A stretch of DNA of 64,000 nt from the NCBI GenBank assembly GCA_965223425.1, contig OZ245003.1, forward strand, positions 2,016,001 through 2,080,000. Reading direction: 5' to 3'. Below the pieces are notes generated by a model, which saw only the letters and a program-made list of their open reading frames with translations, made no database searches and was not told the DNA's origin. The DNA is from Nitrosopumilus sp. GTDB taxonomy: Archaea > Thermoproteota > Nitrososphaeria > Nitrososphaerales > Nitrosopumilaceae. The translations under genes and the position numbers were made by a program. Below, piece by piece: positions 30,257 to 40,635 of this stretch (position 1 is its first letter; every line of letters begins with the position of its first letter).

Positions 30257-31345
30257 GTGAAGGCTCGGAGAAAAGGAATTTTAGATGACACTGGCATCAA
30301 GTCCTTTAAAAAGAAAAAAACAAAGAAACAGATTACCCATGGTTCTGACAAGATCATGTATGTTGGACTAGACGTACACAAGGAGACGATTCAAGTTGCA
30401 GTACTGGATGGCGGCGGGACACTGCAGTCCAACATGAAGATAAAGAACAATCATGCGGAGATCAGGAAAACATTTGCCATGATCCCAAGGGACTCAAAAT
30501 ACGTGCTGGAATCATCATCTGTCTGGTACGGCCTATACCGGTTTCTCACAGATACGCTGGGATTAAATGTAATCGTATCCAATCCGTTTAGCACCAAGGT
30601 AATTGCAACGTCGCTCAAAAAAACAGACAAGGTGGACGCGCAGGCGCTGGCAAATCTATTGAGAGGGGGCTACATTGCACAGTGCCACGTGCCCGACAAT
30701 GACATAGTAGAGCTAAGACACCTTGCAAGACACAGAAACAAACTGGTCAAGACAAGAACAGTCATGAAGAATTCCATACATGGGATACTCTTGCAAAACG
30801 GAATCAAGACAAAATCCGGCGGATTCGGATCCGGCCACGTAAGGGAATTGAGAAAACTGAGGAACTATCGCATAGATTCGTTCCTTGATTCCATAGCGTT
30901 TCTAGACGGGCAGATCTACAAAATGGATGTAAAAACCCGCCGGATAGTCAAAAGGGATCAGAACATCAGTCTGCTGACCACCGTTCCTGGAATAGGGTAT
31001 TATTCTGCGCTTGCAATATATTCGGAGATTGGCAATATCGAAAGATTTTCAGACTCACACAAACTGTGTGCATACGCGGGCATTGTTCCGTCCGTGAGAA
31101 ACTCTGCTGAGACGGTACACCACGGCAGGATAACAAAGAGGGGAAGCCGTATGCTGCGATGGATAGCAGTGGAGGCAATCCAGACCCATACAAGACACGC
31201 GCCTGACAGCGACATTACAAGATTCTACAACCGTCTTGCAAAAAAGAGAGGAAGATCAAAGGCAAAGGTTGCAGCGGCATCAAAGCTGATACGTGTAATA
31301 TATTGGATGCTAAAGGAGAAAAAAGAGTATGTTGCCCAAAAATAA
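30257..31345 (+). CDS. IS110-family DEDD recombinase
   Basis: GLDVH, VLES, KTDKVDA, VPGIG, AYAGIVPSVRNS motifs. Confidence 0.95.
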   Translation: MKARRKGILDDTGIKSFKKKKTKKQITHGSDKIMYVGLDVHKETIQVAVLDGGGTLQSNMKIKNNHAEIRKTFAMIPRDSKYVLESSSVWYGLYRFLTDTLGLNVIVSNPFSTKVIATSLKKTDKVDAQALANLLRGGYIAQCHVPDNDIVELRHLARHRNKLVKTRTVMKNSIHGILLQNGIKTKSGGFGSGHVRELRKLRNYRIDSFLDSIAFLDGQIYKMDVKTRRIVKRDQNISLLTTVPGIGYYSALAIYSEIGNIERFSDSHKLCAYAGIVPSVRNSAETVHHGRITKRGSRMLRWIAVEAIQTHTRHAPDSDITRFYNRLAKKRGRSKAKVAAASKLIRVIYWMLKEKKEYVAQK

Positions 31346-31349
31346 TTTA

Positions 31350-31485
31350 TCACGGTTAGAGTCTGTCTGCGTTTTATGCGTTGAGGTTACACCTCGGGCA
31401 ATTAACTGCGGTTCAATCTAACAAATGGATGAAGAATGGCACTGGGAGTAAGATCCCGAATGGATACTTGTCCGCTCATCTTTTG
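31350..31485 (+). ncRNA. Putative bridge/seek RNA
   Basis: Two stem-capped loops with words matching target (TTTATGCGT, CAATTA) and donor (ATGGATA). Confidence 0.7.
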
Positions 31486-31577
31486 GAATTTGGATCAACC
31501 CTAACGTGAGCCATTCAACACTGTGACAGTTTGCAAGGAATGTTTATAAAGAATTCACATGGATATGCATAAAGTCT

Positions 31578-31829
31578 AGTACACTCTTTAAAAATATTCA
31601 GGAAATAATCGACAAGTTAAAAAAAGATATCATGGTAGGCAAACGAATTAAATTCAAAACTATTCCCAAATACTACAAAAAGAGACATGGGATTGACAAT
31701 GCGTTTCATGTATATTTGCCAAAAGGCATGAGACTAGTCTATTCTATTACTATTTACAATGGTGAAAAGACTGCATTTCTAATGGAATTAGCGGATCATC
31801 ATGCTTATGAGAAAAGATTCAATTATTGA
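31578..31829 (+). pseudogene. RelE/ParE-like toxin, 3' part
   Basis: IPKYYKKRHGIDNAFHVYLPKGMRLVYSI...DHHAYEKRFNY; frame open to the IS end. Confidence 0.6.
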
Positions 31830-31888
31830 TACATAAATGTACATACATATAAATATCATTTGTCTGCATAAGCAGTTGGGAATCACGC

Positions 31889-32185
31889 ATGGCTAAATCA
31901 ATGACTGTTTTGGATTATATTTTGGAGAAAAGTAAAAAATACAATCCTACACTGAGAAGTTTTATTCAGGTCGAAAAATTAGTATTTGAGACTAAAGAAT
32001 TTGAGACCAAACGGGAACTATACAATCTATTGCCCAAAGGAATGCAGTATCCGTCATTTAACTTTATTTTAGATGTTTTGGAAAAACAAAACAAAATCGT
32101 ATTTGATAAAGACGGTTCTTTTTTCTGGATTGGCAATGCAAGCCAAAAGCTAGAAAAGAGTATTAAAAACGCAAAGGAATACTAG
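31889..32185 (+). CDS. Winged-helix protein, putative antitoxin
   Basis: PTL..VEK..KRELYNLLPKGMQY..ILDVLE..NKI. Confidence 0.6.
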   Translation: MAKSMTVLDYILEKSKKYNPTLRSFIQVEKLVFETKEFETKRELYNLLPKGMQYPSFNFILDVLEKQNKIVFDKDGSFFWIGNASQKLEKSIKNAKEY

Positions 32186-32339
32186 ATTCTTTAAAAGAGC
32201 AAAATGAGCAAAGAAAAGTTATCTGGCTTTCAAGATTTGGGTTGATCAAGCCCAACGAGTAATTGTACTCAATTCCGCATGAACCTGAGTTCAATGGTTC
32301 ACGTTATTTTTAAGTAGGGCGCAAAACGGAGATCAACGC

Positions 32340-33122
32340 ATGGTATCAGGCAACCAAATCAGACTCAACCGAATTCTCAAAAAAGGGAAAATGCTTTGCA
32401 TTCCAATGGACCACGGCATTTCAAATGGGCCCATCGAGGGTCTTGAAAATCCCGCCGATACAATCTACAAATGTGAGGGACATGGCCTCACCAGTGTAAT
32501 TATCAACAAAGGGATTCTCAAAACACTGCCTAAACCAACTAGGGTTGGCATTTTAGTTCATTTTTCAAGTAGTACTGCATTATCATTATCACCTAATCGC
32601 AAGATGTTGACTGGAACCGTAAAAGAAGCTGCGGCGATGGGAGCAGATGGCGTTTCATTACACATCAACGTTGGAGGTAAAGAAGAACCAGAGATGTTAG
32701 AGCAGCTTGGCATGACTGCAGATCAATGCCACAAGTGGGGAATGCCGCTTTTGGCGATGATGTATCCGAGGGGGGAGAACATAAAAGATCCTCATGATCC
32801 TGAGATTGTCGGACATGTCGCAAGGATTGGTGCAGAGTGTGGTGCAGATATTGTTAAAACATTATACACTGGCGATGTAGATTCCTTTGCAAGAATTGTA
32901 AAGAGCACACCAGTTCCAATTGTCATTGCCGGCGGACCTAAAGCAAAAACAGATTTAGATATTCTTCAAATGACTGAAGATGCTATGACTGCAGGAGCTA
33001 AAGGTGTCACATACGGCAGAAACATCTTTGCACACAAAAATCCTGAAAAAATGGTAGAGGCACTAGCTGAAATAATTTTCAGAAATAAAACTGCAAAGGA
33101 AGCATTGAAGAAAATTGAGTAA
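32340..33122 (+). CDS. aroA': 2-amino-3,7-dideoxy-D-threo-hept-6-ulosonate synthase (DhnA-type aldolase)
   Basis: PMDHG, MMYPRG, GADIVKT, GRNIF; first gene of archaeal shikimate operon. Confidence 0.9.
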   Translation: MVSGNQIRLNRILKKGKMLCIPMDHGISNGPIEGLENPADTIYKCEGHGLTSVIINKGILKTLPKPTRVGILVHFSSSTALSLSPNRKMLTGTVKEAAAMGADGVSLHINVGGKEEPEMLEQLGMTADQCHKWGMPLLAMMYPRGENIKDPHDPEIVGHVARIGAECGADIVKTLYTGDVDSFARIVKSTPVPIVIAGGPKAKTDLDILQMTEDAMTAGAKGVTYGRNIFAHKNPEKMVEALAEIIFRNKTAKEALKKIE

Positions 33123-34176
33123 GACAAGAGAGCTGATAATTGCACCCAAAATGTCTCAGGCACAACTAGCTAAATTTCTTCCTCAATTAGAAGACGAGGG
33201 AATCAAAATGGTATATCTTGATCCTAGAAAAATAGGCAAGAAAAAGACAAAACTAGAGACAGTTTTCCCCTCAAATGCTGCAAAATACGTAGTACTTGAA
33301 AAAGAGGCAGCATCAAAGCCCAAAGGAAGAAAATCTGGAAGAAAATTCCAGGTATTATCAAATTCAGATATTGAAGATATTCTTTCTGTCGCTAGGAAGG
33401 GGTTAGACTTTGTCATAGTAGAAGTAAAAGACTGGAAGATTATTCCCCTAGAGAACATTATTGCCAAACTTCACAAAGTCCATACCAAAATTTTTGCAAT
33501 TGCAAGAACTCCTGAAGAAGTAAGAAAGATGTTCTCAATTTTAGAGGTCGGAGTAGATGGGGTAATTTTCAGTACATCGTCAATTAATGAGGTAAGGGAG
33601 GCCATGGTGTATCTGGGTACCAGGAGTTTTGACATGAAACCTGCAAGGATCATCGACATTAAGGAAGTGGGGGATGGAGAACGGGTTTGTGTAGATACAG
33701 CTTCGATGCTTCACAAGGGGGAAGGAATGCTAATTGGAAGCAGATCAAATTTTTTGTTTTTAGTCCATAATGAATCAGTGGGATCATCATTTACATCCCC
33801 AAGGCCATTTCGAGTAAACGCAGGTGCTGTTCATTGTTACACGCTTTCACCAGATGGCACAACTAGTTATCTCTCAGAAGTCGAAACAGGCTCTGAGGTA
33901 TTGATTCTTAATTCTAAAGGAAAGGCAAGAAGGGCAACGGTTGGAAGATCAAAGATAGAACGGAGACCGATGTTAATGATTAAAGCATCCGCAGGAGGGG
34001 AGGTAGGAGGAATAATCGCACAGGATGCAGAAACGATTCGTTTTGTAAAACCAAACGGACAGCTAGTATCAGTCACCCACTTGAAGAAAGGGGATACAGT
34101 AATGGTTCATGCAAAGCCTGCTGCCGGAAGACATTTTGGAATGGAAGTTTCAGACGAATACATATTAGAAAAATAA
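33115..34176 (+). CDS. aroB': 3-dehydroquinate synthase II
   Basis: DWKIIPLEN, GERVCVD, RPFRVNAG, GRHFG. Confidence 0.93.
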   Translation: MSKTRELIIAPKMSQAQLAKFLPQLEDEGIKMVYLDPRKIGKKKTKLETVFPSNAAKYVVLEKEAASKPKGRKSGRKFQVLSNSDIEDILSVARKGLDFVIVEVKDWKIIPLENIIAKLHKVHTKIFAIARTPEEVRKMFSILEVGVDGVIFSTSSINEVREAMVYLGTRSFDMKPARIIDIKEVGDGERVCVDTASMLHKGEGMLIGSRSNFLFLVHNESVGSSFTSPRPFRVNAGAVHCYTLSPDGTTSYLSEVETGSEVLILNSKGKARRATVGRSKIERRPMLMIKASAGGEVGGIIAQDAETIRFVKPNGQLVSVTHLKKGDTVMVHAKPAAGRHFGMEVSDEYILEK

Positions 34177-34177
34177 A

Positions 34178-34849
34178 ATGAAATACAAAACTTGCGTATC
34201 GATTGCAGAAAAAACACCGTCCAAAATAAAAAAAGTGCTAAAAATTGCGTTAAAGAAATCAGACTATGTCGAAGTCAGGTTTGATTTTTTAAAGATTGAG
34301 CACATTCCTGAAGCATTAGAGTTAGTCAAAAAAGATCTAAACAAAACTGTCTGTACACTAAGACCAAAAACAGAAGGAGGAAAATTTCCAGGGACTGAAA
34401 AAGAACGAATTGCAGTTCTAAAGTTGATTGCAGAGTATAATCCGTTTTTACTAGATGTGGAATATAACACGTTAAAGAAGAGCACAGCGTTGAGAAAATA
34501 TCTAAGATCAACAAAGACGAAACTGCTAGTATCATGGCATGACTTTAAAAAAACACCAGATTCAGCAGGCCTAAAAAAGAAGCTGAACCAGATGAGCAAA
34601 TTCTCATCAAACGTAAAAATTGTAGGTACTGCAAAGACAGCAAATGATTCAAACAGAATGCTAGAGTTGTACAGCAAAAAAGGGAAGAATAACCTGATAT
34701 CATTTGCAATGGGGGATTTGGGCAGGATTTCAAGGATTTTGTGCCTGTATTTGGGCAGCCCATACACCTATGTCTCATTAGGAAAGGCAGTTGCTCCAGG
34801 CCAATTCAGTGTCGATGAAGTAAAGAAAATTACAAGTCTGAAAAAATAA
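34178..34849 (+). CDS. aroD: 3-dehydroquinate dehydratase type I
   Basis: EVRFD, TLRPKTEGG, SWHDF, AMG, APGQ. Confidence 0.92.
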   Translation: MKYKTCVSIAEKTPSKIKKVLKIALKKSDYVEVRFDFLKIEHIPEALELVKKDLNKTVCTLRPKTEGGKFPGTEKERIAVLKLIAEYNPFLLDVEYNTLKKSTALRKYLRSTKTKLLVSWHDFKKTPDSAGLKKKLNQMSKFSSNVKIVGTAKTANDSNRMLELYSKKGKNNLISFAMGDLGRISRILCLYLGSPYTYVSLGKAVAPGQFSVDEVKKITSLKK

Positions 34850-34892
34850 ACAGTTGAGAGTTTAAATCAATCATATAGCTCAGAAAAATAAG

Positions 34893-35714
34893 ATGGGAAG
34901 AACATTTGCAGTTATAGGAGATCCAATTGATCATTCACTGTCTCCAAATATCCATAGTGCAGTGTTTAGAGAACTGGATTTGGATTGCTCATACATCGCT
35001 TATAGAATTCCAAAAGGGGAATTGAAAGAAGGAATCGAGGGGTTAAAGAAAATCAATATCGACGGATTCAACATAACAATACCTCATAAAGTTGAGATGA
35101 TGAAATATTTGGATAAAATTGACGAATCATGTAGTTTGATTGGCGCAGTCAACACAGTTGTGAACAAAGAAGGGACACTCAAGGGATACAACACAGACAT
35201 GGACGGTTTTCTAGAGCCGTTTAAGAAAAGGGAATTAAACATCGGAAATTCCAGAGTTCTACTGCTTGGGGCAGGGGGGGCTGCAAGGGCAATAGTTGCA
35301 GGACTGGCAAAAGAAAAAGCAAAGAGCATAACTGTTGCAAACAGAACACTAGAAAACGCAAACAGTCTTGCAGAGTTTGCAAAAAAAATTGGGCTAGGTT
35401 GCAACACGATGAAAATTGAAGATGTGGGGGGTTCTGCCAAAGACTATGACATCATTGTCAATGCAACATCAGTGGGGTTAAAGAACGAGTCAAGCCCAAT
35501 TTCTTTAGAAGGGATTAGTGAAAAAACAGTCGCTTATGACATCATATACATGCCAATGAACACGGATTTTGTCAAACAGGCAAAGGATAAAGGAGCAACT
35601 GTCATTTTCGGTTATGAGATGCTTTTAGGTCAGGCCGTCAGGGCATTTGAGATCTGGCACGGTATGGAAGCACCTTATAATGTAATGAAAAAAGCATTGC
35701 TAGGGGGATTTTGA
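34893..35714 (+). CDS. aroE: Shikimate dehydrogenase
   Basis: GDPIDHSLSP, NITIPHK, NTD, GAGGAA. Confidence 0.95.
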   Translation: MGRTFAVIGDPIDHSLSPNIHSAVFRELDLDCSYIAYRIPKGELKEGIEGLKKINIDGFNITIPHKVEMMKYLDKIDESCSLIGAVNTVVNKEGTLKGYNTDMDGFLEPFKKRELNIGNSRVLLLGAGGAARAIVAGLAKEKAKSITVANRTLENANSLAEFAKKIGLGCNTMKIEDVGGSAKDYDIIVNATSVGLKNESSPISLEGISEKTVAYDIIYMPMNTDFVKQAKDKGATVIFGYEMLLGQAVRAFEIWHGMEAPYNVMKKALLGGF

Positions 35715-36568
35715 TGGCAAAAGCAAAGGCTACAGTGCACGGGGCAATCTCTCTTGTAAATGCGATTGCAAACCAGAAAGGCGCCACATTAGGAATTTCA
35801 TTAAAGGTGGAGGCAGTAGTCAAAACGGCCCCAGGAAGAGGGATTGTACTTCAATCCAAAAACAAAAGCCTCAGTTCCCGCTTGATCAACAAAACCGTAG
35901 AGAAGATTGCTCTAAAAAAAGGCTTGGAGCAGAACAAAATAACAGTTACGCTTGATTCAGAAATTCCAACAGGGTTCGGACTAAAAAGTTCAAGTTCAAT
36001 TTCATCAGCAGTGGCGCTGGCATGTGCAAAAATATTCAAGCCAAAGCTAACTGATCAGCAAATTTTACTTGCGGGGGTTGATGCATCAATTGAATCAAGA
36101 GTGAGCATTACAGGGGCATACGATGATGCGTGCTCCTGTTATTATGGAGGATTCAATGTAACAGATAATGCAAGAAGAAAAAGAGTTCACTTTGAAAAAG
36201 GCCCAACTAATTTAATCGCAGTAATATTTATCCCTAAGAACAGAAAAAGAGGCAACCTGAAGGAACTCAAAATTCTTTCATCCGTATTTGAAAACGCATG
36301 GGAGTTGGCAAGAAAAGCAAACTATTGGGAGGCAATGAACATTAATGGATTGGCCACTGCTTCAATTTTAAACTCAGATTCTAAAATAATTACAAGTTTG
36401 ATCGACAAAGGTGCACTTGGAGCATCAGTTTCTGGAAATGGGCCTGCAGTTGCAGCAATAACAAAAAAAGGAAATGAATCAAGCATCAAAAGGGTGTTCT
36501 CAACGCTAGAAGGAAACGTTATTGTCTCTAAAGTAAGTAACAAAAAGGCTGAAGTTCATGAATTGTAA
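35711..36568 (+). CDS. aroK: Archaeal (GHMP) shikimate kinase
   Basis: IPTGFGLKSSS, TGAYDD, SGNGPA. Confidence 0.93.
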   Translation: MMAKAKATVHGAISLVNAIANQKGATLGISLKVEAVVKTAPGRGIVLQSKNKSLSSRLINKTVEKIALKKGLEQNKITVTLDSEIPTGFGLKSSSSISSAVALACAKIFKPKLTDQQILLAGVDASIESRVSITGAYDDACSCYYGGFNVTDNARRKRVHFEKGPTNLIAVIFIPKNRKRGNLKELKILSSVFENAWELARKANYWEAMNINGLATASILNSDSKIITSLIDKGALGASVSGNGPAVAAITKKGNESSIKRVFSTLEGNVIVSKVSNKKAEVHEL

Positions 36569-37832
36569 AGTTGAAAAATCAAAAATTTCCGGACAAATAG
36601 TTTGCCCTCCAAACAAGAGTTACACGCACAGAGCAATTTTTCTTGCATCACTTGCAGGAAATAACAGCAGGGTGGATAACGTATTGCTGTCAGCTGATAC
36701 TATGGCAACAATTGATGCTTGCAGGAAATTTGGCGCAGGGATAGAAATCAGGGATTCATCAATTATTGTCAAAAATCCCATAAAACTAGGCACAAATGTG
36801 CCTGAAATTAACACAGAAAACTCTGGAACTACAATTAGAATTGCATCAGGAATTGCAAGCCTATTTTCTGAAGAGATTACTCTAACGGGGGATAAAAGCC
36901 TACAAAAAAGACCGATGCAGCCTCTCCTAGACGCGCTATCAAGCATGGGTGCGCAATGCAGCTCATCAGGCGGGAGTCCACCAATAAAAATCAAGGGGAA
37001 AATTTCAGGGGGCAGCGTAACAATTCCAGGAAGTTTCTCCAGTCAATTTATTTCTGCATTATTAATCAGCGCACCACTGACAGAAAACGGAATCAATCTT
37101 ACCATAGAGGGAAGTTTGGTGTCAAAACCATATCTTGATGCAACGATTGCAACAATGAGAAAGTTTGGGGTGTCTGTACAGACGTTAATCCCTTACAAAA
37201 AATACAACATACCACCACAAGTTTACAAAAATGCCGTATTTACAGTTCCAATTGATTTTTCAAGTCTGGCACTACTTCTCTCAGCTGCAGTGCTTAACGG
37301 AGAAGAAGTTATCATCAAAGGAAACATTGGGAACTTGCCACAAGGTGATGAAGCCTTTATTGATATTTTAGAACGGTTGGGAGTAAGTGTTAGTGTCAAT
37401 GATGATGATGATGAAGTCAAAATCAAATCGCCTGAAAAATTGAAAGGTGGGAAATTTGATTTAAGTAATTCGCCAGACTTGCTTCCACCTCTTGCAATTT
37501 TGGCATTAAATACATCAAATCCAATTGAGATAGTTAACGTAAAACATGCAAGATTAAAGGAAACAGATAGAATTGCAATCACAGCTAGAGAAATGGCAAA
37601 ACTTGGAATAAAAGTTGAAGAAAAAGACGACGGATTAATTTTAGAATCATCAGAAAGTCTAAAGGGGGCAGAACTAAACTCTGAAAATGATCATAGATTG
37701 TTTATGGCATTTTGTATAGCTGGAATGTATGTAGGGGATTGCACCATAACAGATCCAGAATCAGTAAGAGTTTCGTATCCAAACTTTGTAGATGAGATGA
37801 ACAGTCTTGGAGCTAAAATTCAAAACCAATAG
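36558..37832 (+). CDS. aroA: EPSP synthase
   Basis: KSYTHR, NSGTT.R, SSQF, RLKETDRI, DHR. Confidence 0.95.
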   Translation: MNCKVEKSKISGQIVCPPNKSYTHRAIFLASLAGNNSRVDNVLLSADTMATIDACRKFGAGIEIRDSSIIVKNPIKLGTNVPEINTENSGTTIRIASGIASLFSEEITLTGDKSLQKRPMQPLLDALSSMGAQCSSSGGSPPIKIKGKISGGSVTIPGSFSSQFISALLISAPLTENGINLTIEGSLVSKPYLDATIATMRKFGVSVQTLIPYKKYNIPPQVYKNAVFTVPIDFSSLALLLSAAVLNGEEVIIKGNIGNLPQGDEAFIDILERLGVSVSVNDDDDEVKIKSPEKLKGGKFDLSNSPDLLPPLAILALNTSNPIEIVNVKHARLKETDRIAITAREMAKLGIKVEEKDDGLILESSESLKGAELNSENDHRLFMAFCIAGMYVGDCTITDPESVRVSYPNFVDEMNSLGAKIQNQ

Positions 37833-38162
37833 AATTATTTTCAAAAAAAATCAACTAGAGAGGCTAATGGCGCGACCCTGTATAGAGTGAAAAGCATTCT
37901 CCTCACCCACAACGCTTTGGCGCAGATAACATGTATTTTTCGCAGGGCCGCACAAATTATGCGTTAAAATTTGCATGTTTTTCCATATAATGTATACATT
38001 ATTATGATATTTAATAAGATATTGTAATTATTTCATATAATTATCGATAACGGTATAATTTTCATCTGTTCGTAGTCTGTTCCCCAAAACGAGTCACAAA
38101 GACAATGGAATTTTTTCCAAAAACAGAATGAGGAATTATAAGCACCGCTTAGCTTTGATATT

Positions 38163-39260
38163 GTGTTGCCGGGAAGTTCTATTGGTCAGCGTCTTGTTTT
38201 AACAAGTTTTGGTGAAAGTCATGGAAAAGCCATTGGTGCAGTCCTAGACGGCTGTCCTGCAGGATTGGAGATTGATGAAAAAGAGATACAAAAGATGATG
38301 GATCTAAGAAAGCCAGGACAAAGCCTTATTTCAACCCAAAGAAAAGAAGGAGACGCAGTAGAAATTGTGTCAGGAGTTTTCAGAGGACATACAACCGGCG
38401 CGCCAATCACAATGATAGTTTGGAACAGCAATCAAAAATCAAAAGATTATGATAATTTAAGGACAAAACTAAGACCGGGGCATTCAGATTATACTGCCAT
38501 GATAAAGTACAGTCACTATAATGATTATAGGGGGGGCGGAAGATTCTCCGGCAGGTTAACTGCAACGCATGTCATGGGTGGCGCTATTGCAAGAAAATTA
38601 CTCAAAGTAACACTAGGGGTTGAAACAAACTCGTACACCTCACAGATTGGAAAGATAAAGATGGAGAGGGGGTTTAGTGAAAAGATGGTTGGCTCAATTT
38701 ATAAAAATGAGGTAAGGTGTCCTGAAAATAAAACTGCAAAAATGATGAGGGCAAGTATTTTGAATGCAAGAAAGAAAGGGGATTCTCTTGGAGGAATAAT
38801 TGAGTCAGTTACAACAAAGGTTCCAGTAGGATTAGGTGAACCAATCTTTAGTTCGCTAGAATCAGAGCTGAGCAAGGCAATTTTTTCAATACCATCAGTA
38901 AAGGGAATAGAGTTTGGTTCAGGGTTTGGAGGTTCAGAACTTCATGGCTCTGAAAATAACGACTTGTACACAATTAAGAAAGGAAGGATAGTAACAAAAA
39001 CAAACAATTCTGGAGGAATTTTAGGAGGCATCTCAAACGGAATGCCAGTTACCATTAGAATTGCATTCAAGCCAGCATCGTCAATTGCGCAGAAGCAAAG
39101 CACTGTAGATATTAAGACTAAAAAAGAAACGACTCTTCAAGTTAAGGGAAGGCACGACCCATGTGTTGTGCCCAGGGCGCCTCCTGTAGTAGATTCACTT
39201 GTAGCCTTGACTCTTGCAGATCATGCACTTCTTGCAGGGGCCATCAAGCCTGTTTTGTAA
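38163..39260 (+). CDS. aroC: Chorismate synthase
   Basis: FGESHG, RPGHSD, GGGRFSGR, GRHDPC. Confidence 0.96.
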   Translation: MLPGSSIGQRLVLTSFGESHGKAIGAVLDGCPAGLEIDEKEIQKMMDLRKPGQSLISTQRKEGDAVEIVSGVFRGHTTGAPITMIVWNSNQKSKDYDNLRTKLRPGHSDYTAMIKYSHYNDYRGGGRFSGRLTATHVMGGAIARKLLKVTLGVETNSYTSQIGKIKMERGFSEKMVGSIYKNEVRCPENKTAKMMRASILNARKKGDSLGGIIESVTTKVPVGLGEPIFSSLESELSKAIFSIPSVKGIEFGSGFGGSELHGSENNDLYTIKKGRIVTKTNNSGGILGGISNGMPVTIRIAFKPASSIAQKQSTVDIKTKKETTLQVKGRHDPCVVPRAPPVVDSLVALTLADHALLAGAIKPVL

Positions 39261-39264
39261 GAAA

Positions 39265-40635
39265 ATGTCAGATATCAATGATCTTCGGAATAGGATGAAC
39301 GAAGTCACTTTAGAGATGATAAGGCTTCTAAAAACTAGAACAGATATTGCAAAAGAAATCGGTAACGTCAAAAAAAATATCGGCATGGGAGTAACTGATG
39401 AAACACGCGAAGACAACCTACGCGAAAAAGTGATTTCACTATGCGAGGAAATAGGGTTGGACAAAACAATTGCAACAAAATATTTGAATTTTCTCTTAAA
39501 CGAATCAATAAAAGTTCAATCAGCAAACAAACAGACACATCTCTCAATTTTTCTAAAGGCCAAGTCGCTTGAACAGCAAGGAAAGAAAATTATTCATATG
39601 GAGGTAGGAGAACCAGATTTTCTTCCGCCAACTGTTGTAAAAAATGCATTAGAAGAAGTGTTTGACAAAGGATTTCTAAAATACGGTCAGGCAAAAGGAA
39701 TGCCAGCATTTAGAGAAGCACTTGCAAAATACGTCTCCAGCAAGTTTAGCACAGATGTTTCAGAGGATAACATAATAGTTAGTCCGGGTGCAAGATTCTC
39801 AGTTTTTACAGCAATTACAACACTTCTCAATCCAGGTGACGAAATGGTTGCAATAGAGCCGGCATGGCCTGCATACAAAGAATGCGCATTAAATTCCGGA
39901 ATCAAAGTTAGAACGATTAATACAACTTTGGAAAACAAGTGGGAGCCATCAATGGAACAGATTGAAAATACAATCAATTCAAACACAAAAATGATTGTGC
40001 TAAACTATCCAAATAACCCAACAGGAAAAATTCTTTCCGAAAAATTACAAGACAGCATAATGGAAACAGCTAAAAGAAATGATCTCTATGTGCTAAGTGA
40101 TGAGATTTATTCACAGTATGCAAAAACTCGTTGGAAAAGCGCTCTAAGCTACAGTTACGAGAAAAGTGTTGTCACTCAATCATTCTCAAAATCTCATGCA
40201 ATGACAGGATTTAGAATTGGGTATGGAATAGCAGATGCAAAGATTGTTGAAAAAATGGCAAAATTAGAGGCATTATGCCTAACAAATGTCCCAGAGCCAA
40301 TCCAATACATTGCCATGAAGGCACTTGAGGCAGATACGTCTGATAATACTAATACAGTACAACACAGACTGTATGTATTGACACAGAAAGCAAACGAGAT
40401 GGGGTTAGATTTTGTGATTCCAGATGGGGCAATGTACATTTTTGCACGAATCAACCAAGAAGGTTTTGACGGGGTTCAGTTTGCAAACAAAGCACTCGAG
40501 AAAGGCTTGGCAGTGGCACCAGGGGAGGGGTTTGGAGATTACAAAAATTTCATTAGAATTTCTGCGTGTCAGGACGAAAAAATACTAATTGACGGGATGA
40601 ATATATTGAGTGATATCATGAGGGATAAACAATGA
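39265..40635 (+). CDS. Chorismate mutase / class I-II aminotransferase fusion
   Basis: N-terminal AroQ-like LR..R..IA..IG..K..RE; GEPDF, NYPNNPTG, SDEIY, SFSKSHAMTGFRIG. Confidence 0.88.
   Translation: MSDINDLRNRMNEVTLEMIRLLKTRTDIAKEIGNVKKNIGMGVTDETREDNLREKVISLCEEIGLDKTIATKYLNFLLNESIKVQSANKQTHLSIFLKAKSLEQQGKKIIHMEVGEPDFLPPTVVKNALEEVFDKGFLKYGQAKGMPAFREALAKYVSSKFSTDVSEDNIIVSPGARFSVFTAITTLLNPGDEMVAIEPAWPAYKECALNSGIKVRTINTTLENKWEPSMEQIENTINSNTKMIVLNYPNNPTGKILSEKLQDSIMETAKRNDLYVLSDEIYSQYAKTRWKSALSYSYEKSVVTQSFSKSHAMTGFRIGYGIADAKIVEKMAKLEALCLTNVPEPIQYIAMKALEADTSDNTNTVQHRLYVLTQKANEMGLDFVIPDGAMYIFARINQEGFDGVQFANKALEKGLAVAPGEGFGDYKNFIRISACQDEKILIDGMNILSDIMRDKQ

Larger units (their letters stand above)
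30250..31565 (+). mobile_element. IS110-family (IS1111-type) element, type A copy 1
   Basis: TA core at both junctions, subterminal IRs ATGTGA/TCACAT, ~220-bp downstream non-coding end. Confidence 0.92.
28715..31577 (+). mobile_element. ISL2-like element, copy 2 (right TIR split by IS110)
   Basis: Left TIR at 28715; right TIR TCAATTA|...|TGCATAAAGTCT split at 30249/31566; frameshifted transposase 28789-30089. Confidence 0.9.
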
